Assembly (NCBI GenBank): GCA_002633005.1 | Contig: NMRA01000116.1 | Span: forward strand, 218,474 to 282,473 | Source: Phoronis australis | Lineage: Eukaryota > Animalia > Phoronida | Length of the DNA: 64,000 nucleotides | Reading direction: 5' to 3' | Shown here: positions 26,626-39,600 of the stretch, piece by piece | Position numbering within the stretch: position 1 is the first letter of the stretch | Layout of the letters: each line of letters opens with the position of its first letter | Position numbers and translations under genes: made by a program | The notes under the pieces: generated by a model | Told to the model about the DNA's origin: nothing | The model's input: only the letters and a program-made list of their open reading frames with translations | Database searches by the model: none

Positions 26626-27759
26626 GGCTGAAATTCAGGTTTCATTCGTTAGACTGTGGACCATCAACTTCAATAAACCAGCTGTTCTACTTTAACTCAC
26701 AAATTAATTCAAAACAATGCTAGACCAAATCCTACTGTTTGATGGCTTACTTCATCACAATGCTTCCTTGTAGAAACCAAAAAGGAAGTTTTGTCTTTAC
26801 TTTGATTTAGAACACTCACCCTTACAAAACCGATCTCAAATTGTTCCTTAGTCAAACTGCAAGGCTTTGCAAGACCTGCCAGTTTGATATTGCTAGATAT
26901 CAAACTACAAGTTGGCTTGTCACAACATGTCAAAACCTGTCAGGTTGATATTCCTAGATATCAAACTACAAGTTGGCCTGTCACAAAATGTCATTTACTC
27001 TATTGCACAGTCTTGAGCAGTAACAAACTGTCAGATCTTTACAAACCCATAAATGAGTTGGCATCTGAGTAAAGAATATGTTTAGACCAATTATGAAGCA
27101 GCGAGAAGACTAATTAAAAAAAGTTAGCTTCCTGGATGAAACGCCAGTTTCTAAAGCTTTAAATATTACACACGAGTATCAAGATACAGCTGAAGCCAGA
27201 TGCTATACCTTGATAAGAATGGCACTAGTCGGATATGTAATGGATCCTGATTTGTAGAACCAGGCAATCACTAAATAATGGTGCTGTTATTTGGTGGATG
27301 AAACTGCTTCTCTGAATCAGGGTCCAATTATATCCGACTAGTGCCAATAAGAATTTTACTTGGGAAGGTAAAAAAGTTCAAAGTCAAAGAAAGACAAAAT
27401 ACACCCACGTGGTAAAATTTCACAGAAACATGGGTCGCGAGATCACATGTAATCATTAAGGGAGATTTTGTCCCATATTTCCAAGTGTTTAAACAACCCT
27501 TTTCGAGATGAGCGCAACTTCATCTAAAATTTTTCTATAAGTCTTGTAATCAGCTTTTAACCCCATTTTTCTCAGATTTTCATGATATCAATCTTGATTC
27601 AACCAAATGACAAAGAAATGTCCCCTCAAGATACACTGATTTTTGTGTAACATTTCCACCGCTCAATATTACCAATACCGTTCGCTAAAGCAAAGAGCAT
27701 ATGATCAAAAATTCCCCTTCATCGGTTTACAACACGTTCAACAGAGCCGTTCAACCCTC

Positions 27760-28037
27760 ATCCACTTCCGGGTCATCAATTTAACCTTTACCCTATGAGG
27801 CACTGGGAAAGAGCGTACTCAAGCTTATCACGTGATGTAAACATGAGAGCACGCCTCGAGCATTTGCTAATAAATATTCATAAAGCCCATATATGGAAGT
27901 GTAAACAAACTTTAACCAATCAGATATCAGTATCTGGCAAATACGTCACACGTCAACAAACCTGTAGACATTTTACATTTCGCCCGAACAGGACTAACAC
28001 AGAGTTGGGTCGACGATCATTTGTAAATTATGTAAGT
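27760..28037. promoter_or_regulatory. Putative bidirectional promoter of C19orf12 and TP53INP, with the TP53INP non-coding exon-1 donor
   Basis: ETS site acttccgg (~27764), ATCACGTGAT palindrome (27827-27836), two TGTAAACA forkhead sites (27836, 27900), CCAAT (27916), tandem ACGTCA half-CREs (27943-27955) and a GTAAGT donor at 28032. Confidence 0.6.
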
Positions 28038-29513
28038 AAAACTGCAATGTTCCTTAATTTTCGTCAATTTTCTGACAGAAAATTGTAAAAAGGACTGTTT
28101 GATTAACAAATTCTTGTCGATTAACGTTTGGATAGTATAGTTTGATAAAAAAATATCACGTAAACAAAGAGGTCAAATCGATCAAGAAATACATAGCGAT
28201 GATTGCGTTTGACGTTCGTTTCGCTTTGGGCTGGTTTTCCACAATTAAAGGGGGAGTTATAGATAGAAATTTGACATTTCTAAGTCACTTTCTGAGGCTT
28301 CTGCATACTCATCATCGTAAATTTGGAATTAAAATATGGGAAAATCTAAGTTGAGTTTGACAACCTGATCAGCTGATCATAAGTGACAATGCAGAATACA
28401 CTGACCCAGTGACGGTTGCCAATGTATGGCGCAATAACCCTTAGGGTGTCCGCTTAGACTCACTTGAGAGTTGGGGGGGATGCGTTATATTTTTTGGTGG
28501 TTGTAAAATGAACTATATTGGCAACTTAAAAGATGCTTTGACTTGGCAGAATTTTGAGTCACATTTTGCAATTATTAATTCTTTTGGCCTTTTGTCAGAT
28601 ACCATTCAAAATCAATATCATAATGATTTAAGTGTTTTGAGATGATTTGTGGTTCTTGGAATTTGCCATCAAGTAAGTCCTAGTTGAGCACACATTTAAT
28701 TTTTATACATACAAGAACGCATTTGCATTCCTGGTGTTTTGACCTGAGTACACTACAGCCAGCAGTTAGAATAACTTTACTTTGCCACGCCCACTTAAGA
28801 AGGGTTTGTGCTGATCTTGCTGTTTTTCAGCCACAACTGGCAAGCTTTTTTCACGTTCATCTAACTCTCATATCAATCTGTGATGAATACTAGATTTCTT
28901 TTAAAGATAATTTATATTAACAATTACTAAATTCTAATCCTGAATTTGACCTCCATATGCATCAGAATGTGTCAGGCAATTCACAATTCACTACCATATG
29001 GTAGGTAATCTCATGAACTTATGCTCATTGATAGCATTTTAAGTACACCAAACCATACCTTATGTATAAACTGGGCAAAGTTAAAGTCACAAACTTTGGA
29101 CTCAAATAAAACAAGTTTGTGGCATTCAATTTTTCTGTTTGAGCAATCAATGAACTCCATTTTGTGTGACGGGAACCCCTATAACCCTCCCCACAACTCT
29201 TCCAGATTCCATTTGGAAGTTCATTGGTGCGAATGTCTGACGGGCAAAATCCTGGCTGATACTCTGTCCTAGCCCCCCAGCTCAAAATCCTGGATCCGCC
29301 CCTTTTTTAGCCCTTTATAGATTTACATCATTTTTTTAGCCAGCTAAATATAATAAAATGCAGCTTTATGTAAGAAGCCAAAATTCAGGTTGATACAAGT
29401 AGACTAGAGCAATGTATATTCTCAGCATTATTCTTCATTCTCAGTTATGTCTTGTGTGTATTGGCTTCTTTTTCTTTGCATTAAGAAGCATTATTTTTTG
29501 AATTTCAGTGAAA

Positions 29514-31847
29514 ATGTTGACAGGAATCACAAACTTCATATTTGGTTCTTCAACCAGTACTGAAGAGCAAGTCGACCTGAAGATATCCCCTGCAGATAAT
29601 GAATGGCTATTGGTTGACAAAGAAAGTAAGCATGGTTTTTATTTAATACGGTGAAATAGTATTTGTACAAACTTGGGGGCAAAAGTTAACATTTTGGTCT
29701 TGAATTATAAATGACATTTCCCTGTCTTATAAAATGTGAGTCTATGGTTTGAATAGAAAAAAAATCTTGAAAGTATAGTTTTTATGGTGAAATCTCACAA
29801 ATTTTGGACAACAATAGAGAGTCTGGGAATTTGACAAGAATAAGCATCATTGCTATTTTATTTTTGTCTTCTGATTTTGTTTTATCCTCATGCTTACTGA
29901 GGGTTCAATACTACTTTGAATTCCATGGGCGTTGCACCATAGGGGGCTGGGGGGGGCTATAGTCCACTTATTTCAGTGCTGTTTTGCCCATGGTCTGTGG
30001 GCGGTGCACCATAGGGGTCTGGAAGGTATAGCCCACCACTTATTTCAGTGCTCCGCTGCCTAAGAATTGGCCTAATCATTCACACGTCTAATATCTTTAC
30101 AGTGTTGTAGTGGTCTCCCCTATTTTTAAGTTCCCCAATGTAAGCACCCTAGGCGTACACTTGGACGAGTAGAGTATTCCTGTAAAAATTGTGCTTCTCT
30201 GTATACGTATATACTTTCTCCTTGAACCCCGGAGCCTGCATTTTGATTGATTTGCTTAATTACTTTATCATTTTATTAGATTGCATCCAGAGTGTTAAAT
30301 TAATATGTGAAGACATAGTAACTTGTGCATGTTGATATAATTTCTTGTTACTCAGGGCTCTATGCTTGACATAAAGTCAAATCTACAAATGTTACCTGGC
30401 AAAATTCCTAGCCAATTTCTGCCTCTCTGGCCCATTATCTCTTGCACAGGCTGGACTCCTGAGGCACAGACGGACCAACACGATAGACACACAAGCATGG
30501 TTATTATATACTACCCCTTCTGATTTTTGACGAACGGCTGTGACTTCCATCTGTTTACTTCGGGTAGTGTTTTGAGTGCGTGGTTGGATGTCATGGGGTG
30601 ATTTCATGGTGACGGGGATTTTAACTAGCCTGAGGTCGCCAAACAGAACATGAGGTTAAATTCGCTACCAGAAAATCACCAAATAGAGCTGTAACGTGTT
30701 AGTGGAGTTCAAACTCCAGTTAAATCACAGGCCTCCTCAACTGCCTATTGTTTTCATAAATACAATGATTTTTTGGAAAGTAATGTTCACACATAACCTG
30801 TTTATATCTAGTACATGGTTATTACTTGGCGAAATTGATGTCATTACCTGTGTTGCTAGCAATGTAATTGGAATTTAATCTTTGAGGTTGTACTCTCTGT
30901 CTTTGTAGGCGTTATTGTTTTTGGTGTCTTTGGGTTTGTTGTTGCCCTTGATTTTTTCACCTAGTGTCACTCCTCAGAGTGTTTCTGCATTTCTCTACAG
31001 TTGTTCCCCCTCAACAGTAACAAAGACATGAGGCGTTACTTGTATGAAGGTTGTCACCAGACCCTATCCGCCTGATAACAATACTATGAACAGAAACAGA
31101 AAGTCATGGCTGTTTTTACTCTGACAAAGTGCTGTTGACCTTTTTTCTATCACCGGAAATTAATACAGATTTGTGGAAGGTTTGTCTTGCAGTATGACAG
31201 TAGCTAGCAGCACTTTATGTTAGCCTTCAACAGCTTTATTGAACAGGCTGTGTGTGTGATTTTGTGCACTCTACTCACATTCACACAAGTAATCTTAGGT
31301 ATTCAAGCATGACTATAAACCTGCATGTTTATGATTTCCAGGTCCACGGCGACGTTGCCATGGCTTCACAAATGCGAGCAAAGAAAATTCGCCCAGTCAC
31401 TTTGTTCATGTTAAGTGTTCTTCTCTTGAAGAGAGCTGGTTAGTCACACCTCCACCTTGTTTTACCGCAGGCAGCAATGAAGACATGGCGTCGGGTCCCT
31501 TAGAGAATCTGCTGATTGAGCATCCGAGCATGTCAGTGTACGGTCCCCGTCAGAGAACTGGAAGTGTGGAAACGGAGAACTCATCGGAAAGTGAAGATGA
31601 GAGGAGAGTTGCTCAAGTGCCAAACCAGCGACCTGGCGCTATTACAGCTAAAGCAGCCTTAAGACTGAAATACAAGGCAACAAAATCTGTCCAAATTACA
31701 ATGCACAGGTATAATACTCGGTCCTTTACGAGGTCAAAACTGGATCGCCAAAATATGGTTCACCTTACGAAGTCTCACAAGCGACACAACAAGAGGAGTT
31801 ATATTATCCAACCAGCATCCAAATGTATTTCTAATAAGAAGTGCTGA
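29514..31847 (+). CDS. TP53INP: TP53INP1/2 (DOR) family autophagy and coactivator protein, 205 aa
   Basis: Exon 29514-29625 (MLTGITNFIFGSS...ADNEWLLVDKE, LIR motif WLLV) splices in phase 1 to exon 31342-31847. The second exon carries the family signature EESWLVTPPPCFTAG...PLENLLIEHPSMSVYG and a basic C-terminus. Confidence 0.93.
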
Positions 31848-34800
31848 GTAAGTATAGTGCTAGGAAACCGATAACGTTGATGACATGGGCCCTGGAACAT
31901 GGATTTTGGAATATCCTTGGACTGCTTTGTTCAAAACATCAAGCACACTGGATATAATGGGATTTCGCTACGGATTTGAGCAACCTTAAACTTTGTACAG
32001 CTTTAACTTAATGTTTGTTATTCATGTGGAAGATTTTAGATCCTGTTATTAATGTATTTTAGATTTTGAGTATGTACGGTAATAAAAGTGAAATTGGATT
32101 GTTTGTAAGTAATGTACAATGATAACCTTCCAGACATTGTTGACATGTATCAATGCTGCCATGTTCCATGTCATATGGTGCTTGCAACTGTGTTATTTGT
32201 AAGCAGTTAAATTTTAGCTTAATGGTGGCATTTGAAGCTGTGGACAATTTCACCCAGTTTAGCTGGTAGACTTCATACATAGAATTCTCTAACCAAAGAT
32301 TTTCAGCATTTAAAAACAAATGTCTAAGAATGGTTGGACTGTGGTGTCAAAATTAGTCATGCAGTAAGTTCTGAACATTGCACACAAGCCAAGACAGAAT
32401 ATCTGTCAAAGGATTTTCATTCTCATTCGCACCACTTTCCTCAAATATGCACTAAATCCTGTTAAGAGAACAATTACGTCATGACTCGTGTAAGTAGGTC
32501 CATTGGGGTCGTTGTTATGTGATTGACCTACTTTTAAATGCAATTCCTTTCATCTGGTGTTCTCAAATTTCAGCAATGGGCTTTGCCAAACCCGAGACCG
32601 GTGATTTCCGACCCGTTCTTTGATCGGTTGAATGTTTGAATGTTCTTGGTAACAGAAACTAGTCCTATTATGGCAGGGATTTTTTTTAGAACGATTTCAT
32701 ACGAATAAAAAGACCAAATTCGATTTGCGTTTTTAGTCAGCTAAACAGGGCGAAATGCAGCTTTTAGGGTAGTTATCAGATTAACATTTCTCATTTTCAT
32801 GCAGACCAACTGAATAATATCTAATGTCCATTTTAATGACAGATTGTGGGTGCTATGATCATTCTTGTAAGATAAATCCATCATACCAAACTCACTACCT
32901 CTTGAAAAGTATTTAGTTTCGTTGTTGTAACTAATTTGTTCCTAGTACTTCATCTTTCAATGAGGTTTGTTACCAAAATACACAGTACGATTCAGATGCC
33001 ATGTAATGGAATACTAATCATTGGCTTGTTAATTGTATAATGAGCATTACGATCATGCATCAAATCTCTGTAATCTTACAGTGCCATGTTTTGCTGAGAC
33101 CAGTAATATCAAACAGTACTGGGCATTACTGAAGGAGCCTCAATTATGATAAAGACCCCATGGGGGCGCTTTACGAAACAAGGTTTGAAAAAGCCATTAT
33201 GAGGGCTGTTATGGTATTGTTTGGCCTATCTGGTAGATGTAGAAAATGTGGCCAAGATGTCAACGTTTTCTCAATTTTATCTTTAAAAAGACCTTTTAAA
33301 ATATTTGATTTGTACTTCTGTGAACGGTGATGCCAATTTCAGAAAGAGCCCTCTCCTTTTCTGAAAAGCCCCACTGGGGTCCTTTTTGGACTAAAATTCA
33401 CTTCAGTAAACTAATGTTTCCGAAAGGAGGCTCTTTCAGAAAGCGCAAATATTTATTTGCCCATACATGAGTCTTTTGAAGTGCTCACATTTCCGGTGCA
33501 AATTTTCTAAAAAAAAATTAACAACCGATAGTTTATTGAACTATGACATTTGTAATTGTGGTTCATTAGCTACTGCTGAGTAGTGAGAACTTCTTGGTAC
33601 CTATTGACTCGTTGGTCCAGTTGATCTCTGAATCATCTTGTTTCATGCTTGCAATATGAGGAGCTTGGACATATGCATTTAATTAGTCTATTTGCTTGTA
33701 AAAGCTAGTTTCAATAATGCTTCATTTTGCATTTAGACACAGAGGCATGTGGCAACCTGCCTACATTAGTGTGTCAAACGTCATCTCAAACCATGGTGCG
33801 CGTGATGGTGTGATGGTATTCTACTGAGAGTGTCCGGAGCTCAGTGTTTGCTCAGCAATGCAGCACGATAGCAATAGCTTTATTTTATAGTAATATTGAC
33901 TGAATGAGTGAATGACTGGCATGGAAACAATGAAGAAAGATCTTTCAGTACACTTGATTTATTGACTACAAGAACCAGTACATATGATGAAGCCACAGTA
34001 TTAGCCTTCTAATCTTGTCATGTTGAACTTACATCATTGTTAATAGACAGTTGGGAAACGTATTTTGAGATTTCTGTGTAAAATGACCGGTGATGTCATA
34101 AACCACCAGTGAAATATGCGTCTAGATCTGGGTATAAACCACATCAGCATGTGAGGTTGACTCGCGTTTGTCACAAGTTGAATTGTCTTTTGAGATTTAA
34201 CGTTTAATCCTGTGTTTGGATTTCTTAGTATATACTGTTATACAAACTGACAGTGCTAGCCCCAATGTATGTCCTAATTATTGAATGGTAGTATGAAACT
34301 ATGGTACGTTATACCTGCCCAGTAGAGTCTGCATTTTGTCTTGGTAGAGACATGTAAAGCAGATAAGTAACGTTCGAGTCTGTTGTGTGCATCCACGATA
34401 AAAAAGGAAAATAAAAAGTCTAGCTCACATGATTTTGCATAGTATTCTTGTCATTATAATGACATTTCAATAAATATTTGACACAACATGACAACGACCA
34501 CGAAACACTTATTCACTGTATCTTTTACAATTTTAGCAGAACTAGATTTACTTCTTTTCCAGCAGACATGAATTTTCAATATTTTGGTGCACACTGATAA
34601 TAAACAGCACAATGTGGTCTTAATTACCATATTGCCACTCCATTAGGCCCATGGAAGTCTGCATAACTGCGATAATATGCCAAACTTAGGCACATACAGC
34701 AATTTGTGAACCACTTGGTTAAAAAAATGTCGCGAAAAAGGCATCATTCATTGGATGCAGGCCTATAGGCCTAAAGGTGTGGCAATACAGTAATACAAAA

Positions 34801-35640
34801 CTATTTACCATTTTTTTTGAAAATACGCCAGGAACTCCAAAGATACAGAGGCGAGTGAAAAAAATTGCCATTAGGAGGCACAGTGGTAGTCAAAACGGGT
34901 GCACCTATATGCAAATTAATGTATGGGCCTATGCTGGGGCATTACATGGGGTCACATGTGAAACTTAATAGGCAAACATGCCAATTCTGGGAACCACTTA
35001 GGTAAAAAAGGCTGCGAAAAAAGGCATATTACTCTGTACATAGGCCCATGGGCCTAAAGACGCAGTAATACAGCACAGATACCTAAAGTAAAGAAGCATT
35101 ATTTATACGGCTAGATAACTTAAGTCACAAACTTGGCCTCTTATTTAAGGCAGAAGTAAACAGTATAAAAATGATATGTAACCAAGACATAACTAAATAT
35201 ATCTTGTGTGGTCTAAATCCGTGTATTACTTGCTTGTAGTTATCCACCTATAAATGATTTTAATTGACTTGGTCAGGGAATCGGGATAGGAAATCAAAAT
35301 ACAGGTATCACAAACACACGGAACTTTAACTCTGCATGGTTTGCTGGTAAATTTATCCCCACAGTGCACCCCTAGTGGTCATTTTGCCTGACCATTGCAT
35401 ATTTGGTGTAACAGACTTCTCTTCACATTGTAAAGACCCCGATAGTTACTTGCTTATTTGATGAGGGGACCATTTCCACCACTTTTGGAGAGAGAATGAG
35501 CTGTGGAGGGCACGGGAGGTGAAAATATGCATTGCTACTATAAGTACCATGTAAAACTGCTCGAGTATATAACGACCGGTCTTGATGGATGTTGTCAATG
35601 GTGGACTACAGTATGGTAATTACTCAGACAAAAGGTCAAC

Positions 35641-36103
35641 ATTAGGCAAATCTTACGCTAACAGGATTTGCATGCAAGTGGACGAGAAAGCATGGACTGT
35701 TTACCCCCCAGAGTATCCAGAGAATTCCTTGACACATCAAAGGCTTGATGGCGTCATCACGGATTGAAGTGAACTAGTCACTATTCATGGGCTTGGCTGA
35801 ACATGTTGTAAACCAACACGCCTGTTTAGTGTACAAATTTCAAAGTCAAAAACAAACAATAAGTAAGGCAAACAACCAACATGACTGTTTTTAATATTGG
35901 AAAGTAAATAGTAACAGTCTTTTGAATTTTTAAAATCGATGCATTATAAGAAAAATTAGTGAATAGGATTTTTTCTTCAGTATCGTGGCTAAGCCACAAC
36001 CATTAAGTTGTGAATCAATTTGGATGGATTAGTCAGTCTGGCTTACGCTACCTTAGGCGCTGGGGTAACAAAATCCCAAATGTTAGCGTAGGAGTTGCCT
36101 AAT
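35641..36103. mobile_element. ~460-bp MITE
   Basis: TIRs attaggcaaatcttacgctaaca / tgttagcgtaggagttgcctaat. A second copy starts at 20692. Confidence 0.8.
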
Positions 36104-36622
36104 AATCCCCACTTCATGATTTTTTTCTCTCATGACATTTGCGACAACGGAAACATTAAGGGCTTGGAGGGGGAACTAGTCTGAATACTGGCTTAGAATT
36201 TTTGGGACAGTTGTAAATCATGGGTGTACTTCACACAAAATAGGCCTTTTCAAACCGATATGCAAGGCCGGTAAAAGGCAGTACTTTGCTAGCCATCCGC
36301 TTAGTATACGACTGTCCCAGTTGGACTGTGTTATTAACACTGTCAGCTTAACAAAGGTTTATGGTCATGGCTGATAAAATAATTGCTTTATTACCCCCTG
36401 TAGACCAGAGAATAGCCATGCCTTACAGAATGAAAACTAAGATAGATGGTATTTGGAATGACAGATCACGTGATAGTTTTCCAAGGAGAGAGAGAGCATG
36501 TCATGACGATCTTTAGCAGAAGTACGTACTTTGGAAAGGGAGATAACCAGACACTGAGAGATGGTTGCCTTGGGAACAGTAATTGTACCAAATCCACTTC
36601 AGCAGAAGTAGCGAAGTTTCCA

Positions 36623-39600
36623 TCATTCTCTCAAACCATTGATTTTAGACATGAATTCCTTCACTCTCACAGGGTCTACGTCATTTCGCCAGTCTCCTCC
36701 CTTCTTGAAGTGCGATCCAACAATAAGCGCGTTGGCATGGATATATGAGGACACATTGTCTATTGTTACACCTGAACCAACCAGAACAGGAAGTGATACT
36801 CCTTGTTGAACTTCTGCAATGAAGATACAAATTCACTACAAACAACTAAATAATGAAATTACAGACTGACAACTGTCAGTTATTGGATTGCTAATGAGTG
36901 AGTCATTTTATAGAGGCAACAGAATAAAAAATTAAACACGAAAAGTGCAGTGTACATAAATCTGAATCAGAATGTATACAAAATGAATTCTTTATTTCAA
37001 CTAGACAGCATCAATAGACAGAGCTATTTAACAGAGCTCCAAAAGGCTAAAACAGTAACAGCCTTTACTTAACCTTCATATGCTGTTAGTAAGGAGGATC
37101 AATACAGTTTGCCACAAAGCTGCAAAGTAGTCATTTTGTGACATTGACTAATTTATAAAAATATTTGAACATTATTTTTGATTTCATAGAACACATTAAG
37201 GTAAAATTCTCCCAATTTGGGACAAAAATAATGGCTAAAATTGACATATTTCTATTTTTCAGATGCTTACTACATTCTTGCATTTTTTGTTTTCAATTTA
37301 CACACACGGAACTTATTTCCCAATCCAAACAATACATCTAGTGAACAGCAGCAAGGAAATTGTGCTCCTGAAGTGAGTTAGTTTGATTTCTTTATATTAG
37401 CCTGTTTGCGCTAAAATAGGTAAAAAACTAGGTATGTAACAACACATTTTTTCTCATTACATAGCAAACACATGGAGCATCAAAGTAAGACATTAAAAAA
37501 ATTAATTGTGTAACTTTTCGAGTTAACGTCAAAATGTCAAAATTTCAGGTACTTGGAATCAAGTAAAATCAGCAAATCGAGGAAAAGCATTAAAACATAA
37601 AACTGACATCGCGCAATATGATAATCCATTTTCAAAAAGCCTGATTTCAATCATTAGTTCAATAAAAGATGACTTTTCAGAAATAAATGCAACATTCAGT
37701 TTTGTCAAAGATGCCTCTCCTTAGGCATGAGTCAACTAATCTTCAGTGAGAGATTTTTCTCAAATTTGTAGTTCAGTGGCAAAGACCAAACTACAAAATA
37801 TGAAAAAATTTGTAGAAACTCAATGATAAATTAAAACTGTGTCAGACGCCCTTAATGAATATTGAATGCATAGAAACATACCAACATACATACATGCATA
37901 CATTCAGACAGGCAAGTTTGTTTCACATCACAATTTTGTTTAACATGTCCATTCCAAAAATTTGCTAGCAATTACATTTCAAGATAATGAATCATGTCAG
38001 AGCCATGAGACTGCTTACCTTTAACCTCAGCAGGACTTGTTTCTTCACCTGTGGCTGACCCTGTTACTATGACACCGTTGCTGAGGAAGAACTCAGCAGC
38101 TTTGGCGGTCTCGGTAATTCCAACATCATGTGTTATAGCATGAGCACTGTAAAGTTAAATTTGTGCATAACAATCCATTAAAGCAACTAAATTAAAACAA
38201 AATACCTGAAAGGGCCTGAACTCAAAGTTCTCATTCCAAGCTCAGGCTATTCAGAAACCACAGGGAGTAATAAAACAATTATCTACTCTGCCAGGACCAC
38301 AAACCTTTTGTCAAGCTGCCTTTACTTACAGAGGCCAACTATTTCATGAGCTTATAGCTCAAAGGAAATGTTGCTACCATGACAAAATGGCTTGGTGCGA
38401 AAGCAAAGTTGGTGCGAAAGCAGAATGGGATCCAGGAACAATGACGACTGTTTGTGATGAGGCTGCACTCTTAACATACACACAGACTTGGCTTCTGCAC
38501 ATAACAGCCCAATAAAAATTCTTATCTTAAAGACCTACATACAACCCCCAAGAATCTGAATTTTTGTGCTTGGAAATATATGCACCAATTTTTTTAATAA
38601 CATAATTAAAGATGCATTTTGTCTTCTTTAGCTGCCTCAAAAATAAAATCAAATTATGCCTATTACTCTCATAAAATTGGTCTCATAATATTCCTTGTCA
38701 TGATTGCATTTTTGTTACCAACTCAAGCTGCAGGCAATGCGTGAAGAGCCATTTCTGAATTGGAACTTTAAGGGTGGCCAAACCCAATATAATCCCAAGC
38801 ATTTTTTAAGTCACTAATGGTTTCAATGTCGTAAACAATGGAAATAGGGTTCTATCATGGTCAGGCATATTACGAGACTGATTTGATGAGAGAAAAAAGC
38901 CTAATTCGATTTCCATTTTTACCTAGCTAAATGCAAAGAATTCAAACCTGTGCTTTTTCTTGATATCTGTAAAAACCAACACATGGTCAGCTCCGATTTG
39001 CTTTCTGTACCGCAGGAGTTCTCCTGCACATGCATTCATTATGCCTTCATCAGCCACATGGGAGAACACGAATCCTTCAGCTCTGATGAAGTTGAGGCCT
39101 GTCATGAAACAAGCACGCATTGAGATTTGTCAGAACATGGATAACACTTGGCATCCCGCTACAATGATTGAATTTAACGCAATATATATTTCAGCATGAC
39201 TTATAAGTTGCGTTGACAAATTACAACAAATATAAACCAGTTTCTTTATGTCACAGCTAATATTTTTGAACGCCTTCAGAATTCAATTAGAATAAGATTT
39301 CTTCAGAATCCAGACGGCATTCCAACAATACATTGTAAGACATGTAACCAACACTGTTTGTCATCTGAATGTGTGCCACTATCAAAAGCAAGACAAAATG
39401 GTAGTCACATTTCACGTTTTCAGAGAAATTATTCCACCAGGAGCCAATCATACCTGCAGCATGAGCAACTGCCAGGGCCTCTCTATTAGCCCCTGCCAAG
39501 ATCTGTATTCCCATAGGCATCTCTTTGAAAGATCGCCTAATATTGGAAGCCACAGCAGTCATATAGGCTGTCAACTCTGGTCCAATAGAGTCTCTGTGTA

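Noticed and set aside
31001-31020. Extra TP53INP coding exon after ttctctacag
   Set aside because: In-frame stop within seven codons, and the flanking exons already join in phase.
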